From: an uncultured virus (IMG/VR IMGVR_UViG_3300020469_000045)
Lineage: Duplodnaviria > Heunggongvirae > Uroviricota > Caudoviricetes
Strand: one strand, 5' to 3'
Length of the DNA stretch: 64,000 nucleotides
Virus record (IMG/VR): IMGVR_UViG_3300020469_000045
Below the pieces are notes generated by a model, which was given only the letters and a program-made list of their open reading frames with translations, was not told the origin of the DNA and made no database searches. Numbering within the stretch: the first letter of the stretch is position 1; each line of letters begins with the position of its first letter. The translations under genes and the position numbers were made by a program. Shown one piece after another: positions 54,661 to 64,000 of the stretch.

Positions 54661-55466
54661 TGGCATTTCCTTCTAGTTCAGTTTCAATGTCACAGATGAA
54701 TACAGAAAGAGGATTGCCTTCAAGTACAAGTGTTTCTATAAATAATACTGAAGTTAAACAAATGGCATATCAGTATACTCCCGGAACTACATCTGTGAAC
54801 TTTGCACAATGGCGAAGTAAGAGTGGCTTTAGTAATCAAGTAACTTTTACTATAGGATATGAACAGCAAACTACAGCATCAGGACCTCTTGTACCTGCTG
54901 CTTCTGCTTATTATTGGGGATATGGATTTGTAGGTGTAGCACCATTTCCGAGCACAGGAAACGATGCGGCTCAAGGCTCAATGGGACGTATGCCTCTAAT
55001 GTATCCGGGTGGGTTTGCTACAGGATTGTATAATGTTGCAGGAGGCACAAGAACTTCAAATCCTTTGTTATCCTTCCGTGAAATACGTTGTTTTTCACCC
55101 TCAGTACCGGGAACTTCTGCAGGACCATGGGGTCCTTCTACTCTTCAAATGGGTTTTAGACACACACTTATTAATGGTGGTGGTACATATCCTGCAACTT
55201 TTACTAATGCAGGTTGGACAACTATGAACATAACTAATCCTGCATATAATGTGAATTACCCTAGGGCATCAGCAACATTTAGTAGTTTTATGGGTCCTTT
55301 TCAAATTAGTGGAACCCCTACTCCGGGAAGTGCTAGTTGTACTTTTTCATGGACAAATCAACCAGCATGGGCAAACAACACAAGTAATATGTATCCTTTT
55401 GGTCCAACACCTAGTGGTACTTTTCCTTCAACAGGTAGTACAACAAACACTCTCACAATAACTTAA
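54660..55466 (+). CDS. Putative tail-fibre adhesin
   Basis: MAFPSSSVSMSQMNTE N-terminus; follows S74 fibre; P/G/T-rich. Confidence 0.55.
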   Translation: MAFPSSSVSMSQMNTERGLPSSTSVSINNTEVKQMAYQYTPGTTSVNFAQWRSKSGFSNQVTFTIGYEQQTTASGPLVPAASAYYWGYGFVGVAPFPSTGNDAAQGSMGRMPLMYPGGFATGLYNVAGGTRTSNPLLSFREIRCFSPSVPGTSAGPWGPSTLQMGFRHTLINGGGTYPATFTNAGWTTMNITNPAYNVNYPRASATFSSFMGPFQISGTPTPGSASCTFSWTNQPAWANNTSNMYPFGPTPSGTFPSTGSTTNTLTIT

Positions 55467-55487
55467 TGATATTGTTATAATAACAAA

Positions 55488-56396
55488 ATGGTAGCAAGTG
55501 TAAGAAAAGATATAGATGAATTTGGAAAAGAATTTTATCGTCTAAGGTTTGAAAGCACATACAATCATCAAGAAATAAATTATATTATTGAATGGAGTAA
55601 ACAGGACTCGGCTTTGCTTGTTGATGAATTTGGAAACTTTGATAAAGAAGGAGCAGAAACTTTAGAACGTTGGCATAAAGAAGCTGAAGCATATAAACAC
55701 GCTATAGGAAGAAACGACTCTTTTTTATTTAGAACAGATATATATGATGAAGTATACGTCAATCAAAAACTTGTAAGAAAAGATTGGAATATTGCAACAG
55801 GAGATGGTCCGGCTCTTTTAGAAAAAGTAAAAGCTGCATTTCCTAAAGAAGAAGAAATATGGGAGTCTGGTGCTTTAAATGTTATAGGAACTTACTATGC
55901 TCCTGATGGTGCACCTTTAAGACCTCCATACAAAAATACTAATTCTATTAGTATGTACCATGTACAAAGGGAGCCTAGTTCTTATCTTTTACAAAGTTAT
56001 GGTATAGACCCTAGCACTCATACATGGTGTCCTTGGTACGGATTAAAATACGATTTAGAAACTAAAGAGCGTATGTTAAAGATTGTTTATTATGGAATAA
56101 AACAAACTGAAAACATTCCTAGACCTGAAGGTTTGCCTGAAGATATAAACCCTTATTGGTATTTTTTTGCTGATATTTATCATGAAGATGGCAGTAAGTC
56201 TCAAGAAAGAGATATATTTTTATTTGCAACTGAAGAAATATTTCGTCCTTGGTGTGAAAAATATGGACATACTTATCCCATACCTGATGAAAAACTAAGA
56301 GACGATATATGGTGTTATGGAATAGTTTATGACTTTGAAACACTAGAAGTAAAACAAGTTAAAGGTTATATAAGATATAGAGTAGATGGAATATAA
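55488..56396 (+). CDS. Hypothetical protein, probably leaderless moron
   Basis: Extended -10 TGTTATAAT at 55473-55481; ATG 7 nt later. Confidence 0.65.
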   Translation: MVASVRKDIDEFGKEFYRLRFESTYNHQEINYIIEWSKQDSALLVDEFGNFDKEGAETLERWHKEAEAYKHAIGRNDSFLFRTDIYDEVYVNQKLVRKDWNIATGDGPALLEKVKAAFPKEEEIWESGALNVIGTYYAPDGAPLRPPYKNTNSISMYHVQREPSSYLLQSYGIDPSTHTWCPWYGLKYDLETKERMLKIVYYGIKQTENIPRPEGLPEDINPYWYFFADIYHEDGSKSQERDIFLFATEEIFRPWCEKYGHTYPIPDEKLRDDIWCYGIVYDFETLEVKQVKGYIRYRVDGI

Positions 56397-57099
56397 TTTT
56401 TTAAAAGCAGTAGAAAAAGCTGATGATAAGTTTTTTGATACTATAGAAAAAGAAAAAATTAATTTTTTACAAAACAGATTTCAAGAGCAGGGATTTGTTT
56501 TAGTTAAAAACTTTTTATCTGAAGAAGTTGCAGACTTAGTTAACGAAAGCTTTGAAATACATTACGCTAAAGCAGAATATATAGAAAAATATTTTGAAAA
56601 TACAATACCAATTAGTTTAACAAAACCTAATATGCCTTCTCCTTTTTATGGAAAGTTTGGAAAGATAGATAAAAAAATGGGATTTGCTAATAGAGATTTG
56701 CATAGTTATGCTTATAGTGTTGGAGAGGCTTTGCTAAAAAAGAAAAAAGATTTTATAGAAAAGATTTCACAACAAGAGTTAGATTTTACAAATTCTTTTT
56801 GTAGAAAATATACTGAAGGAAGTAGTTTAGGAAAACATAAAGACAGACCTGCACTTCAAGTTTCTGCTACTATTTGTCTGGGTGGAGAAAAGTGGGAGAT
56901 ATTTATAAAAGATAAGTCAGATAATACACATGGCATAACTATGAGTGCAGGTGATGCAATAGTTTATTCAGGCACAGAGCTTGAACATTGGAGAGAAAAA
57001 TTAGATAAAGGATATGTTAATATGTGCTTTATACATTATTGCAAAAAAGGCTCAGAATATAAATTAGACGGAAGAGAATTTATAGGACAGCCAAGATAA
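56386..57099 (+). CDS. 2OG-Fe(II) oxygenase
   Basis: RKY..GSSLGKHKDRPALQVSATICL...GDAIVYSG..LEHWRE. Confidence 0.8.
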   Translation: MEYNFLKAVEKADDKFFDTIEKEKINFLQNRFQEQGFVLVKNFLSEEVADLVNESFEIHYAKAEYIEKYFENTIPISLTKPNMPSPFYGKFGKIDKKMGFANRDLHSYAYSVGEALLKKKKDFIEKISQQELDFTNSFCRKYTEGSSLGKHKDRPALQVSATICLGGEKWEIFIKDKSDNTHGITMSAGDAIVYSGTELEHWREKLDKGYVNMCFIHYCKKGSEYKLDGREFIGQPR

Positions 57100-57111
57100 A
57101 CGGGGTTAAAT

Positions 57112-57711
57112 ATGTTTGGGAAAGTAGGAATGTTTCATGGAGAGCAAGGTTTGCCTCGTGATTTATGTGACGAATTGAATGAAGAAATAATGAATAAAGT
57201 TCCACCTACAGATGGAGAGATAGGAGCAGGAACAGAGGGTATAAAAGAAACTAATACTAGAAATTCAATTTTACGTTGGGTCACATCAGAAACACCTCAA
57301 CTCTGGGATAAAACACTTAACTTAATAATGCCTTATGTTGTAGGCACAAATAGAACAAACTTTGGTGTTGATATTTCTGGTGGGTGTAATGAAATACAGC
57401 ATACAGAATATCAAGAAGGACAGCATTATACTTGGCATATGGACTCAGATTTTGCACCTTTAGAAGTTGTAAAGAGTCGTATAGCATATGATAGAAAGTT
57501 AAGTGTCACAATACAACTTACGCACGAAGACAATTATGATGGAGGAGATTTAGAAATTTTTGAAAGAGAATTAAATTTACCAAAACATTTAGTAAGACAA
57601 CAAGGTACTGTAATTATATTTCCTTCTTTCATACAACATCGTGTGACACCTGTCACTTCGGGAATAAGACATTCATTGGTAACTTGGATAGAAGGTACGC
57701 CATGGAGATAA
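57112..57711 (+). CDS. 2OG-Fe(II) oxygenase (prolyl-hydroxylase/PKHD-like)
   Basis: QHTEY...HYTWHMD...RKLSVTIQL...YDGGDL...FPSF..HRVTPVTSGIRHSLVTW. Confidence 0.9.
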   Translation: MFGKVGMFHGEQGLPRDLCDELNEEIMNKVPPTDGEIGAGTEGIKETNTRNSILRWVTSETPQLWDKTLNLIMPYVVGTNRTNFGVDISGGCNEIQHTEYQEGQHYTWHMDSDFAPLEVVKSRIAYDRKLSVTIQLTHEDNYDGGDLEIFERELNLPKHLVRQQGTVIIFPSFIQHRVTPVTSGIRHSLVTWIEGTPWR

Positions 57712-57717
57712 TAAAAT

Positions 57718-58455
57718 ATGTTTGGAATAACAGCTTTTGCTCAATCGCCTTTTGCAGGTTTGGGCAGCATAACAGGAAACGCTTCTTTTGTACCGGTAGG
57801 CTTTGAACTAACCGGCTCTATCAATTCTGTCACACCTGTCATTACAGTAAATGTACCTGTAGTTAGTGGTTTTATTTTTGCAAATGTTGGTTTAGGAACA
57901 GTCACAATAAGTGGAGATGCCAACATTCACGAGTTTATTACAGGCGTACAAGGTGTTTCAGTTTTAGGAGTAATACAAAATACAGCAGGTGCAATTGTAA
58001 ATGTAACAAACACTTTTGATACTGATACTGTTACAGGAACAACAGCAGTAGGAAATGCAGTTGTATTTGGTGGCTCAGTTCAAGGAGTTTCAAGTTCAGG
58101 TAAAACTGCAGCTTTAGGAGATGAAATAATTATTGGTGACTGTAACATTACAGCAGCACAGGTTGGAGATGTAACAGCTACAACTGCGTTAAGTTCTATA
58201 AGTTTACAAACTTTTAATGTATTACCTATGACAGGCTTAAGCAGTTCTGCTTCTTTAGGCACAGTAATAGTAATTCCTGAATGTAAAGTTTCTGTAAGCT
58301 CAGTAAGTGCAAGTGGAAGCTTAGGAGTTTTAAATATTTGGAGTTTAGTTAATGATGAACAAACACCAAACTATACACCCGTTAATGATAATCAGTCTGC
58401 AGGATATTCTGAAGTTAATACAACTCAAAATCCTAATTGGACTGACGTAGCATAA
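57718..58455 (+). CDS. Virion/tail structural protein
   Basis: MFGITAFAQSPFA N-terminus; V/T/G/S-rich repeats. Confidence 0.7.
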   Translation: MFGITAFAQSPFAGLGSITGNASFVPVGFELTGSINSVTPVITVNVPVVSGFIFANVGLGTVTISGDANIHEFITGVQGVSVLGVIQNTAGAIVNVTNTFDTDTVTGTTAVGNAVVFGGSVQGVSSSGKTAALGDEIIIGDCNITAAQVGDVTATTALSSISLQTFNVLPMTGLSSSASLGTVIVIPECKVSVSSVSASGSLGVLNIWSLVNDEQTPNYTPVNDNQSAGYSEVNTTQNPNWTDVA

Positions 58456-58475
58456 TTTTTTAAAAGAGGAACAAT

Positions 58476-59843
58476 ATGGCAAGTACATATGATAACGATT
58501 TGCGTTTAAATGAAATGGCAACCGGTGACCAAAGTGGTACATGGGGTGACACTACAAACTTAAATTTACGTTTGATAGCAGAAGCTTTTTCATATCAAAC
58601 AGACGCAACATTTACAACAGATGCAAATAAACAAGTAACCATAGCAAATGGAGCTTCTGATAAATATAGAGGTATGTATATCAAAGTAACATCAACAGTA
58701 AATGGTGGTCTTACTGCTACAAAAGATTTAGAAATTTTACCTACAACTGTATCTAAAGTTTTGTTTGTAGAAAACTCAACAACAGGAGGACAATCTATTG
58801 TAGTCAAACAAGGCTCTGGAGCTTCTGTAACTATAGCTAATGGAACTTGTAAATTATTATTTTTAGATGGAGCAGGTGCAGGTGCTGCTGTTTATGATGG
58901 CTTGAATAATCTAGCTTTGAGTGGTGACCTAACTATAGAAGGTGACGATTTAAAAATGGGTACTAATACTAGTGGTCATGTATTAGTTGCAGATGGCACA
59001 AACTATAATCCTGTTGCAATTAGTGGAGACGCTACTATTGCAGCTAATGGTGCTATAACTATTGCTAATGACGCAGTAGAACAAGCTATGATTGCAGACG
59101 ATGCAGTTGGTGCAGACCAATTAGCTTCAGACGCAGTTGTCAATGCTAGTGTAGATGCTAATGCTGCTATTGCTTTTAGTAAAATGGCAAACTTAACTAC
59201 TAGTAGAGCTTTAGTATCTGATGGTAATGGAGATGTCACACCGGCAACTACAACATCTACAGAAATAGGTTATGTAAATGGAGTCACATCAGCAATACAG
59301 ACACAATTAAATACAAAACTAAGCAATGCTACTAATACATGGGTAAGCTCTTCTGATGGAATAAATAGATTTTACTTTACTAATGCAGGTGCTACGCTTT
59401 ATAAAACAGGAGCCGACCATCAATTTAGAAATGGCTCAGATGTAACAGTAGTTGAGTTTACTTCTACCGGAGTAGGAAGATTTGATAATGATGTTGTCGC
59501 TTACTACTCGTCAGATGAAAACTTAAAAGAAAATATAAAAGAATTACAAAGTCCATTGGAAAAATTAAGTCGTATTAGAGGAGTGACTTTTGATTGGAAT
59601 GATAATCAAGATACTTATGAAGGTAGCGATATAGGTGTCATTGCACAAGAAGTACAAAGACAATTTCCTGAGCTTACTACTACTCGTTCTGATGGATATA
59701 TGGCAGTAAAGTATGAAAAGCTTACTGCTGTATTGATAGCAGCAGTCAATGAGTTAGCTGATGAAGTTCGTGGCAATAGAGAATTGATAAAAGCAATGGA
59801 AGCTATTTTAATTGCAGATAAAATACCTGAGCAAACTAACTAA
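58476..59843 (+). CDS. Tail fibre with C-terminal S74 domain (diverged homolog of 312..1460)
   Basis: Shared N-terminus STYDNDL..EMATG..SGTWGDTTN; SDENLKENIK...GVIAQEV. Confidence 0.85.
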   Translation: MASTYDNDLRLNEMATGDQSGTWGDTTNLNLRLIAEAFSYQTDATFTTDANKQVTIANGASDKYRGMYIKVTSTVNGGLTATKDLEILPTTVSKVLFVENSTTGGQSIVVKQGSGASVTIANGTCKLLFLDGAGAGAAVYDGLNNLALSGDLTIEGDDLKMGTNTSGHVLVADGTNYNPVAISGDATIAANGAITIANDAVEQAMIADDAVGADQLASDAVVNASVDANAAIAFSKMANLTTSRALVSDGNGDVTPATTTSTEIGYVNGVTSAIQTQLNTKLSNATNTWVSSSDGINRFYFTNAGATLYKTGADHQFRNGSDVTVVEFTSTGVGRFDNDVVAYYSSDENLKENIKELQSPLEKLSRIRGVTFDWNDNQDTYEGSDIGVIAQEVQRQFPELTTTRSDGYMAVKYEKLTAVLIAAVNELADEVRGNRELIKAMEAILIADKIPEQTN

Positions 59844-60514
59844 TGCCATTACCTAGTTCCGGACAAATAACTTTAAATGAAATGCACGTTGAGGCTAGTG
59901 GCTCTTCTGGGACACAATCAAACGTAAACTCTGCACCAATACGTTCTTTAATAAATAAATCAGCAAGTGTACAGATGGCTTTTACAGAATGGTATGGAGC
60001 TTCTTCTGGACCTCCACCTGCAGTTGCTGCAACAGGAACAACTACACAAACACACACAATGACTTATGTTCCTTTTAATAATCCTTTTGTTAATGTAGAT
60101 GGTTATGTAAATGGACCTGTGACTCTTTCTCCTTCAGATATGGGTGGATTTAACCCTGCCGGAGTTCCTTATGGAAGCAGTACCCTTGGCTCTTTATCTC
60201 CTTCTACATATACCGGTTGGTCAGGAGCTTATTTTTCCTCATCTATTTCATATCAAAAATCAGGTTTTGGTAATGCTCGTTTAGAAGTAACATTTAGTCA
60301 AAGAAGAACTAATAGTAATTGGAATACAATGAGACATACCCAAACAACTCTTGGACAACTAACAATTCCAAGAATAAGTATGACTTATGCAACATATTGG
60401 ACGCCCGGACAACCTGCTACAACAGGTCAAACAAAGTATACATATACTGCAGCTCCTTCTGTCAATACAATTTATTTTAATAATAGTCAAACAAACTACG
60501 TACATTGGACATAG
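59843..60514 (+). CDS. Putative tail-fibre adhesin (counterpart of 1460..2107)
   Basis: MPLPSSGQITLNEMHVEASG N-terminus; C-terminus unrelated to 1460. Confidence 0.6.
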   Translation: MPLPSSGQITLNEMHVEASGSSGTQSNVNSAPIRSLINKSASVQMAFTEWYGASSGPPPAVAATGTTTQTHTMTYVPFNNPFVNVDGYVNGPVTLSPSDMGGFNPAGVPYGSSTLGSLSPSTYTGWSGAYFSSSISYQKSGFGNARLEVTFSQRRTNSNWNTMRHTQTTLGQLTIPRISMTYATYWTPGQPATTGQTKYTYTAAPSVNTIYFNNSQTNYVHWT

Positions 60515-60515
60515 C

Positions 60516-60692
60516 ATGAAAGATGAAGCTTTAAATAAAATACATTCACACGAAAGAGAATGTACTATTAGATATGAGAATTTAGAAAAAAGATTAGAGG
60601 AAGGCTCTAAAAGATTTGTACGTATTGAATTGCTTATATATGGTTTATATGCAGGTATGGCAGCAATAGAAATAACTTCGAGGTTTATATGA
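60516..60692 (+). CDS. Small coiled-coil/TM protein (homolog of 2658..2834)
   Basis: MKDEALNKIHSHERECTIRYE. Confidence 0.75.
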   Translation: MKDEALNKIHSHERECTIRYENLEKRLEEGSKRFVRIELLIYGLYAGMAAIEITSRFI

Positions 60693-60883
60693 AATTATTT
60701 TTAACAGAATTTACACATGATAAAAAAAGATACTCAGGACCTACTATAGTTGCTGAGAGTTTACAAATGGCAGAAGACTCTGCTGCAGACCTAGGTGTAG
60801 AAGTAGTAGGGGAACTAGACAGTTTAGTTTCAGTAGTTTTAGAGTCACTATGGGAAGCTGACGAAGACAAAGTCTTGCATTGA
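60689..60883 (+). CDS. Hypothetical protein (homolog of 2831..3010)
   Basis: MKLFLTEF...GPTIVAE. Confidence 0.75.
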   Translation: MKLFLTEFTHDKKRYSGPTIVAESLQMAEDSAADLGVEVVGELDSLVSVVLESLWEADEDKVLH

Positions 60884-61035
60884 ATAGCGAGTTAGTTTTT
60901 GTAATAGCTTTAAATGTAATATTCTTAATAGGATTATTAGGATTAAAATTTTATTTGAAAAGAAAAGCTGAAAAAAATATGAAAGCTTATCTTAGATATT
61001 TAAGACACAAGAGAAAATATAATGTACGAATATAA
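60880..61035 (+). CDS. Small membrane protein (homolog of 3010..3159), TTG start
   Basis: ...LNVIFLIGLLGLK...NMKAYLRYLR. Confidence 0.6.
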   Translation: MNSELVFVIALNVIFLIGLLGLKFYLKRKAEKNMKAYLRYLRHKRKYNVRI

Positions 61036-61444
61036 ATGCACAATAGATAGAGTAGTAGATGGAGATACTGTAGACGCTACTCTTGATTTAGGATTTTCTG
61101 TTTTATACAAAAGTAGAGTAAGGCTTTTTGGCATAGATACTCCTGAGTCTAGAACAAGAAATAAAGATGAAAAAGCTAGAGGTAAACTAGCTGCTAAATT
61201 TTTAAGTGATGCTATAGATAAAGCAGATACTGTAGTTATACGTACAGAACTAAGAGACTCTAGAGGAAAGTTTGGCAGAGTTTTAGGCACAATTGTTTGT
61301 GATGATATAGATATAAATAATTCTATGATAGAAAATTTTATGGCAGCAAAATATTTTGGTCAAAACAAAACTGCAATAGAAGCTGTACATCAATCTAATA
61401 GAACTAAACTTATTGAGTTAGGTTTGTTTGAGCCTGTTGAATAA
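61022..61444 (+). CDS. Thermonuclease (SNase-like), second copy
   Basis: VVDGDTVD...RLFGIDTPES. Confidence 0.85.
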   Translation: MYEYKCTIDRVVDGDTVDATLDLGFSVLYKSRVRLFGIDTPESRTRNKDEKARGKLAAKFLSDAIDKADTVVIRTELRDSRGKFGRVLGTIVCDDIDINNSMIENFMAAKYFGQNKTAIEAVHQSNRTKLIELGLFEPVE

Positions 61445-61794
61445 TGGACGATATTGTAAAGTTAATAACTGAGTTAGGATTTCCTGTTGCTGCAGCATTA
61501 GGACTAGGTGTATTTGTTTGGAAACTAATTAATAGAATTATAGACGGCATGGAATCTAAGATTGATGTTGTTGATGATAAAGTAAATGAACAATTAAAAG
61601 CTATGGAAGGTAGGCTAGATGCTAAATTAGAAGCACAACATGGAATATTGATTGCTTTGATAGACAGAGTTAGAAGTGTAGATAATGAAATTATTAGACA
61701 AGATACTTTACTTAAGACTATGTTAGGTGTACCTAATCTAGTACAGAACGATAAAATAGCAAAGGCAGATAGAGATGACCAAAGAAAAGATTAA
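61444..61794 (+). CDS. Single-TM holin-like protein, second copy
   Basis: Nearly identical in protein sequence to 3558..3920. Confidence 0.55.
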   Translation: MDDIVKLITELGFPVAAALGLGVFVWKLINRIIDGMESKIDVVDDKVNEQLKAMEGRLDAKLEAQHGILIALIDRVRSVDNEIIRQDTLLKTMLGVPNLVQNDKIAKADRDDQRKD

Positions 61795-62317
61795 AAGAAA
61801 AAGAGGCAGACCTTCTAATGCAGAACTAGTTGCTAGAAAGAAAGCAAGAGATAAAGACGTAGCTTTAATTATTTGTATGTATGTTGGTTTATTTATAGTC
61901 ATAGCATTTTGTGTAAATCTAGCATTAGCTGATGAAATGAATTTTAAATTTAAGTCACCAAGCTTTTCAGGTATCAATACATCTCAACATTATTTAACAA
62001 TAGAAAATCAAGAACATACTAGATATAAAACATTGCAAGAAGAAGTAGAAGCTTTAGTAGAACAGGCAGAAAGAGATGAACAGAATACTACAACTGCAAG
62101 ATTTATAAGAAACTTTGAAACAAGAGTTTATGCAAAATTATCTCAACAATTAGTTGATAAGTTGTTTGGAGAAACTGCACAAGATAACGGGACAATAGAA
62201 CTTGAGGGGAATACTATTGACTATAAGGTTGATGAAACCAATATAATTTTGACAGTTACTAATGAAGCTAACAAACAAACAGTTATTACTTTTCCTCTTA
62301 ATAGTTTTACTTTCTAG
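61775..62317 (+). CDS. csgF: CsgF-like protein, second copy
   Basis: KRKRGRPS...ADEMNFKFKSPSFSG. Confidence 0.8.
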   Translation: MTKEKIKRKRGRPSNAELVARKKARDKDVALIICMYVGLFIVIAFCVNLALADEMNFKFKSPSFSGINTSQHYLTIENQEHTRYKTLQEEVEALVEQAERDEQNTTTARFIRNFETRVYAKLSQQLVDKLFGETAQDNGTIELEGNTIDYKVDETNIILTVTNEANKQTVITFPLNSFTF

Positions 62318-63065
62318 CTGTACTGTCTTTTATGATGATGCTTTACAAAATCAAAAGATTTCAAAGTATGCTGAAAGAGTTGGAGTTATTAATAAAGAAA
62401 TAGAGACTATTTTACCGGCAGATAAAAAACCTATAGTAGCTATATACCCAACTTCTTTTACAGACCAAACAGGACAAAGAAGAAGTAATAGTAATTTTGC
62501 AACGTTTAGCACAGCAGTCACACAAGCACCATATGTGCTTTTGATAAAGACTTTAAAAGCTGTATCTAACGGAGAGTTTTTTGAAGTTGTAGAAAGAATA
62601 GGTTTAGATAATCTAACTAAAGAAAGACAACTAATAAGAAATACCAGAGAAACATTTGATGACCCACAAAAATTAAAACCATTAGTTTTTGCAGGTCTTA
62701 TAATGGAAGGAGCTATAGTCGGCTATGAAACCAATACAAGAAGTGGAGGTCGTGGAGCTAGACTTTTAGGTATAGGGTTATCAAAACAATATAGACAAGA
62801 TACTGTCACACTGTCTTTGAGAACTGTATCTGTTTTAACCGGTAGAGTTTTAATAGAAGTTACAGTATCAAAAACTATATTAAGTGTTGGAACTAATCAA
62901 GACGCTTTTAGATTTATAGAAAATAAAACCGAATTGATTGAAATAGAAAATGGTGATGTAGAAAATGAAAGCGTAACGATAGCTGTACAAGCAGCAATTG
63001 AAGAAGCTATTTTGTCTACAATCAAAAAAGGAATTGAAAAACAATATTGGAGCTATAAAGAATGA
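62262..63065 (+). CDS. csgG: CsgG-like lipoprotein, second copy
   Basis: Same motifs as 4388..5191. Confidence 0.9.
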   Translation: MKLTNKQLLLFLLIVLLSSCTVFYDDALQNQKISKYAERVGVINKEIETILPADKKPIVAIYPTSFTDQTGQRRSNSNFATFSTAVTQAPYVLLIKTLKAVSNGEFFEVVERIGLDNLTKERQLIRNTRETFDDPQKLKPLVFAGLIMEGAIVGYETNTRSGGRGARLLGIGLSKQYRQDTVTLSLRTVSVLTGRVLIEVTVSKTILSVGTNQDAFRFIENKTELIEIENGDVENESVTIAVQAAIEEAILSTIKKGIEKQYWSYKE

Positions 63066-63769
63066 AAAAGTATTTACCAGTAATTATTTTTTTAAGTATA
63101 AATATTTTTGCTACAGACAATGAAATATCTATAGACCAAGCAGGAGCTACGGCAAATATAGATATTGAGCAGCTTGGGTCTGGAAACTTAATCGGTGGAG
63201 CTACTGCTGTATCAGGTACTATGACACCATTAGATTTAGATGGTGCAACAATGACACTTGATGTAAACCAACTAGGTAATTCAAATATATTTAAAGGCGA
63301 TATATATGCTGATAGTTATACAGGCTTTTTTGAATTTACCGGAGACTCTAATACATTTGCCATACAGACAGACCCTAATAATACTTATGGTGCAGACAGT
63401 TCTAATATAAATGTACAAGTGTCTGGGTCATCAAATGCTTTTACTTTTAATCAGGCGACTAATGCACAAGCTTCTACATTAGATTTAGATTGGACAATAA
63501 ATGGCTCTAATAATTCAATTACATCTGCAATTGACCAAGACTTAGCTACAAACTATATGAACATAGATGGGTCTGATAATACTGTGACATTTGATGGTGA
63601 CGGGTATCAAGGAGCATATTTTCATTTGACTCATACAGGAGGGTCAAGAACAATAAATGTTACACAACAAAGCACACTTGATAATGATTGGCTTAAGATT
63701 ACTTCTAATGGCTCTAATGGTACTTTCTGTGTCAATCAAAACGACCAAGGCACTAGCACAAGCTGTTGA
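63062..63769 (+). CDS. Curlin-like secreted protein, second copy
   Basis: Homolog of 5188..5895. Confidence 0.65.
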   Translation: MKKYLPVIIFLSINIFATDNEISIDQAGATANIDIEQLGSGNLIGGATAVSGTMTPLDLDGATMTLDVNQLGNSNIFKGDIYADSYTGFFEFTGDSNTFAIQTDPNNTYGADSSNINVQVSGSSNAFTFNQATNAQASTLDLDWTINGSNNSITSAIDQDLATNYMNIDGSDNTVTFDGDGYQGAYFHLTHTGGSRTINVTQQSTLDNDWLKITSNGSNGTFCVNQNDQGTSTSC

Positions 63770-64000
63770 TATAGGAACTGTAGAACAAGTATCAGGATAT
63801 GCCAGAATAGAACGTGACAAAAATTATGATGTAATTACAGACTTTGGCATACAGTCTTACGACAAAGCACAAACAGAAGCAGGTCGTATGGGTATTAGAT
63901 TTATAGACGATACAAGTATTCGGATTACTGAACATTCAATGGTAGTCATAGATGAATTTGTATTTGATGCAAACCCAGATAATTCTAGATTAGCTTTAAA
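63657..64000 (+). CDS. FecR-domain protein, second copy, truncated by the window end
   Basis: Colinear with 5783 onward (VVDIGTVEQVSGYARIERD). Confidence 0.75.
   Translation, partial: MLHNKAHLIMIGLRLLLMALMVLSVSIKTTKALAQAVDIGTVEQVSGYARIERDKNYDVITDFGIQSYDKAQTEAGRMGIRFIDDTSIRITEHSMVVIDEFVFDANPDNSRLAL

Noticed and set aside
58150..64000. Direct terminal repeat or circular assembly overlap
   Set aside because: The copies differ at many positions and in gene content, so this is not an identical repeat

Overview
The window is AT-rich tailed dsDNA phage DNA (podovirus-like architecture; gene content resembles uncultured marine phages, which is an inference). It holds about 1.1 genome equivalents. 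Positions ~1-6130 recur at ~58150-64000 (offset ~57.87 kb) as a diverged homolog, not an identical terminal repeat, so two related genomes or modules appear joined. Modules in order: tail fibre/adhesin, curli-like secretion (CsgF, CsgG, curlin-like, FecR-domain) and lysis (1-8.2 kb); tail and ejection proteins including a 2768-aa polyvalent protein (8.2-23.6 kb); recombination/replication genes with a primase-helicase but no recognisable DNA polymerase or integrase (23.7-32.6 kb); a leftward, probably early operon with an AAA+ ATPase and a VWA/metallopeptidase (33-39 kb); terminase, portal, GroES, capsid and tail genes (39.5-60 kb). The most striking unannotated signal is an RNA-level control layer on the leftward operon. 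Three type III hammerhead ribozymes each sit just 5' of a ribosome-binding site. A promoter- and terminator-bounded ~150-nt sRNA exposes an anti-Shine-Dalgarno segment with 13-nt perfect complementarity to the first gene of that operon. About nine copies of a palindromic operator-like motif are confined to the early/replication region. All calls were made by eye from the sequence and the ORF track; no database searches were run.
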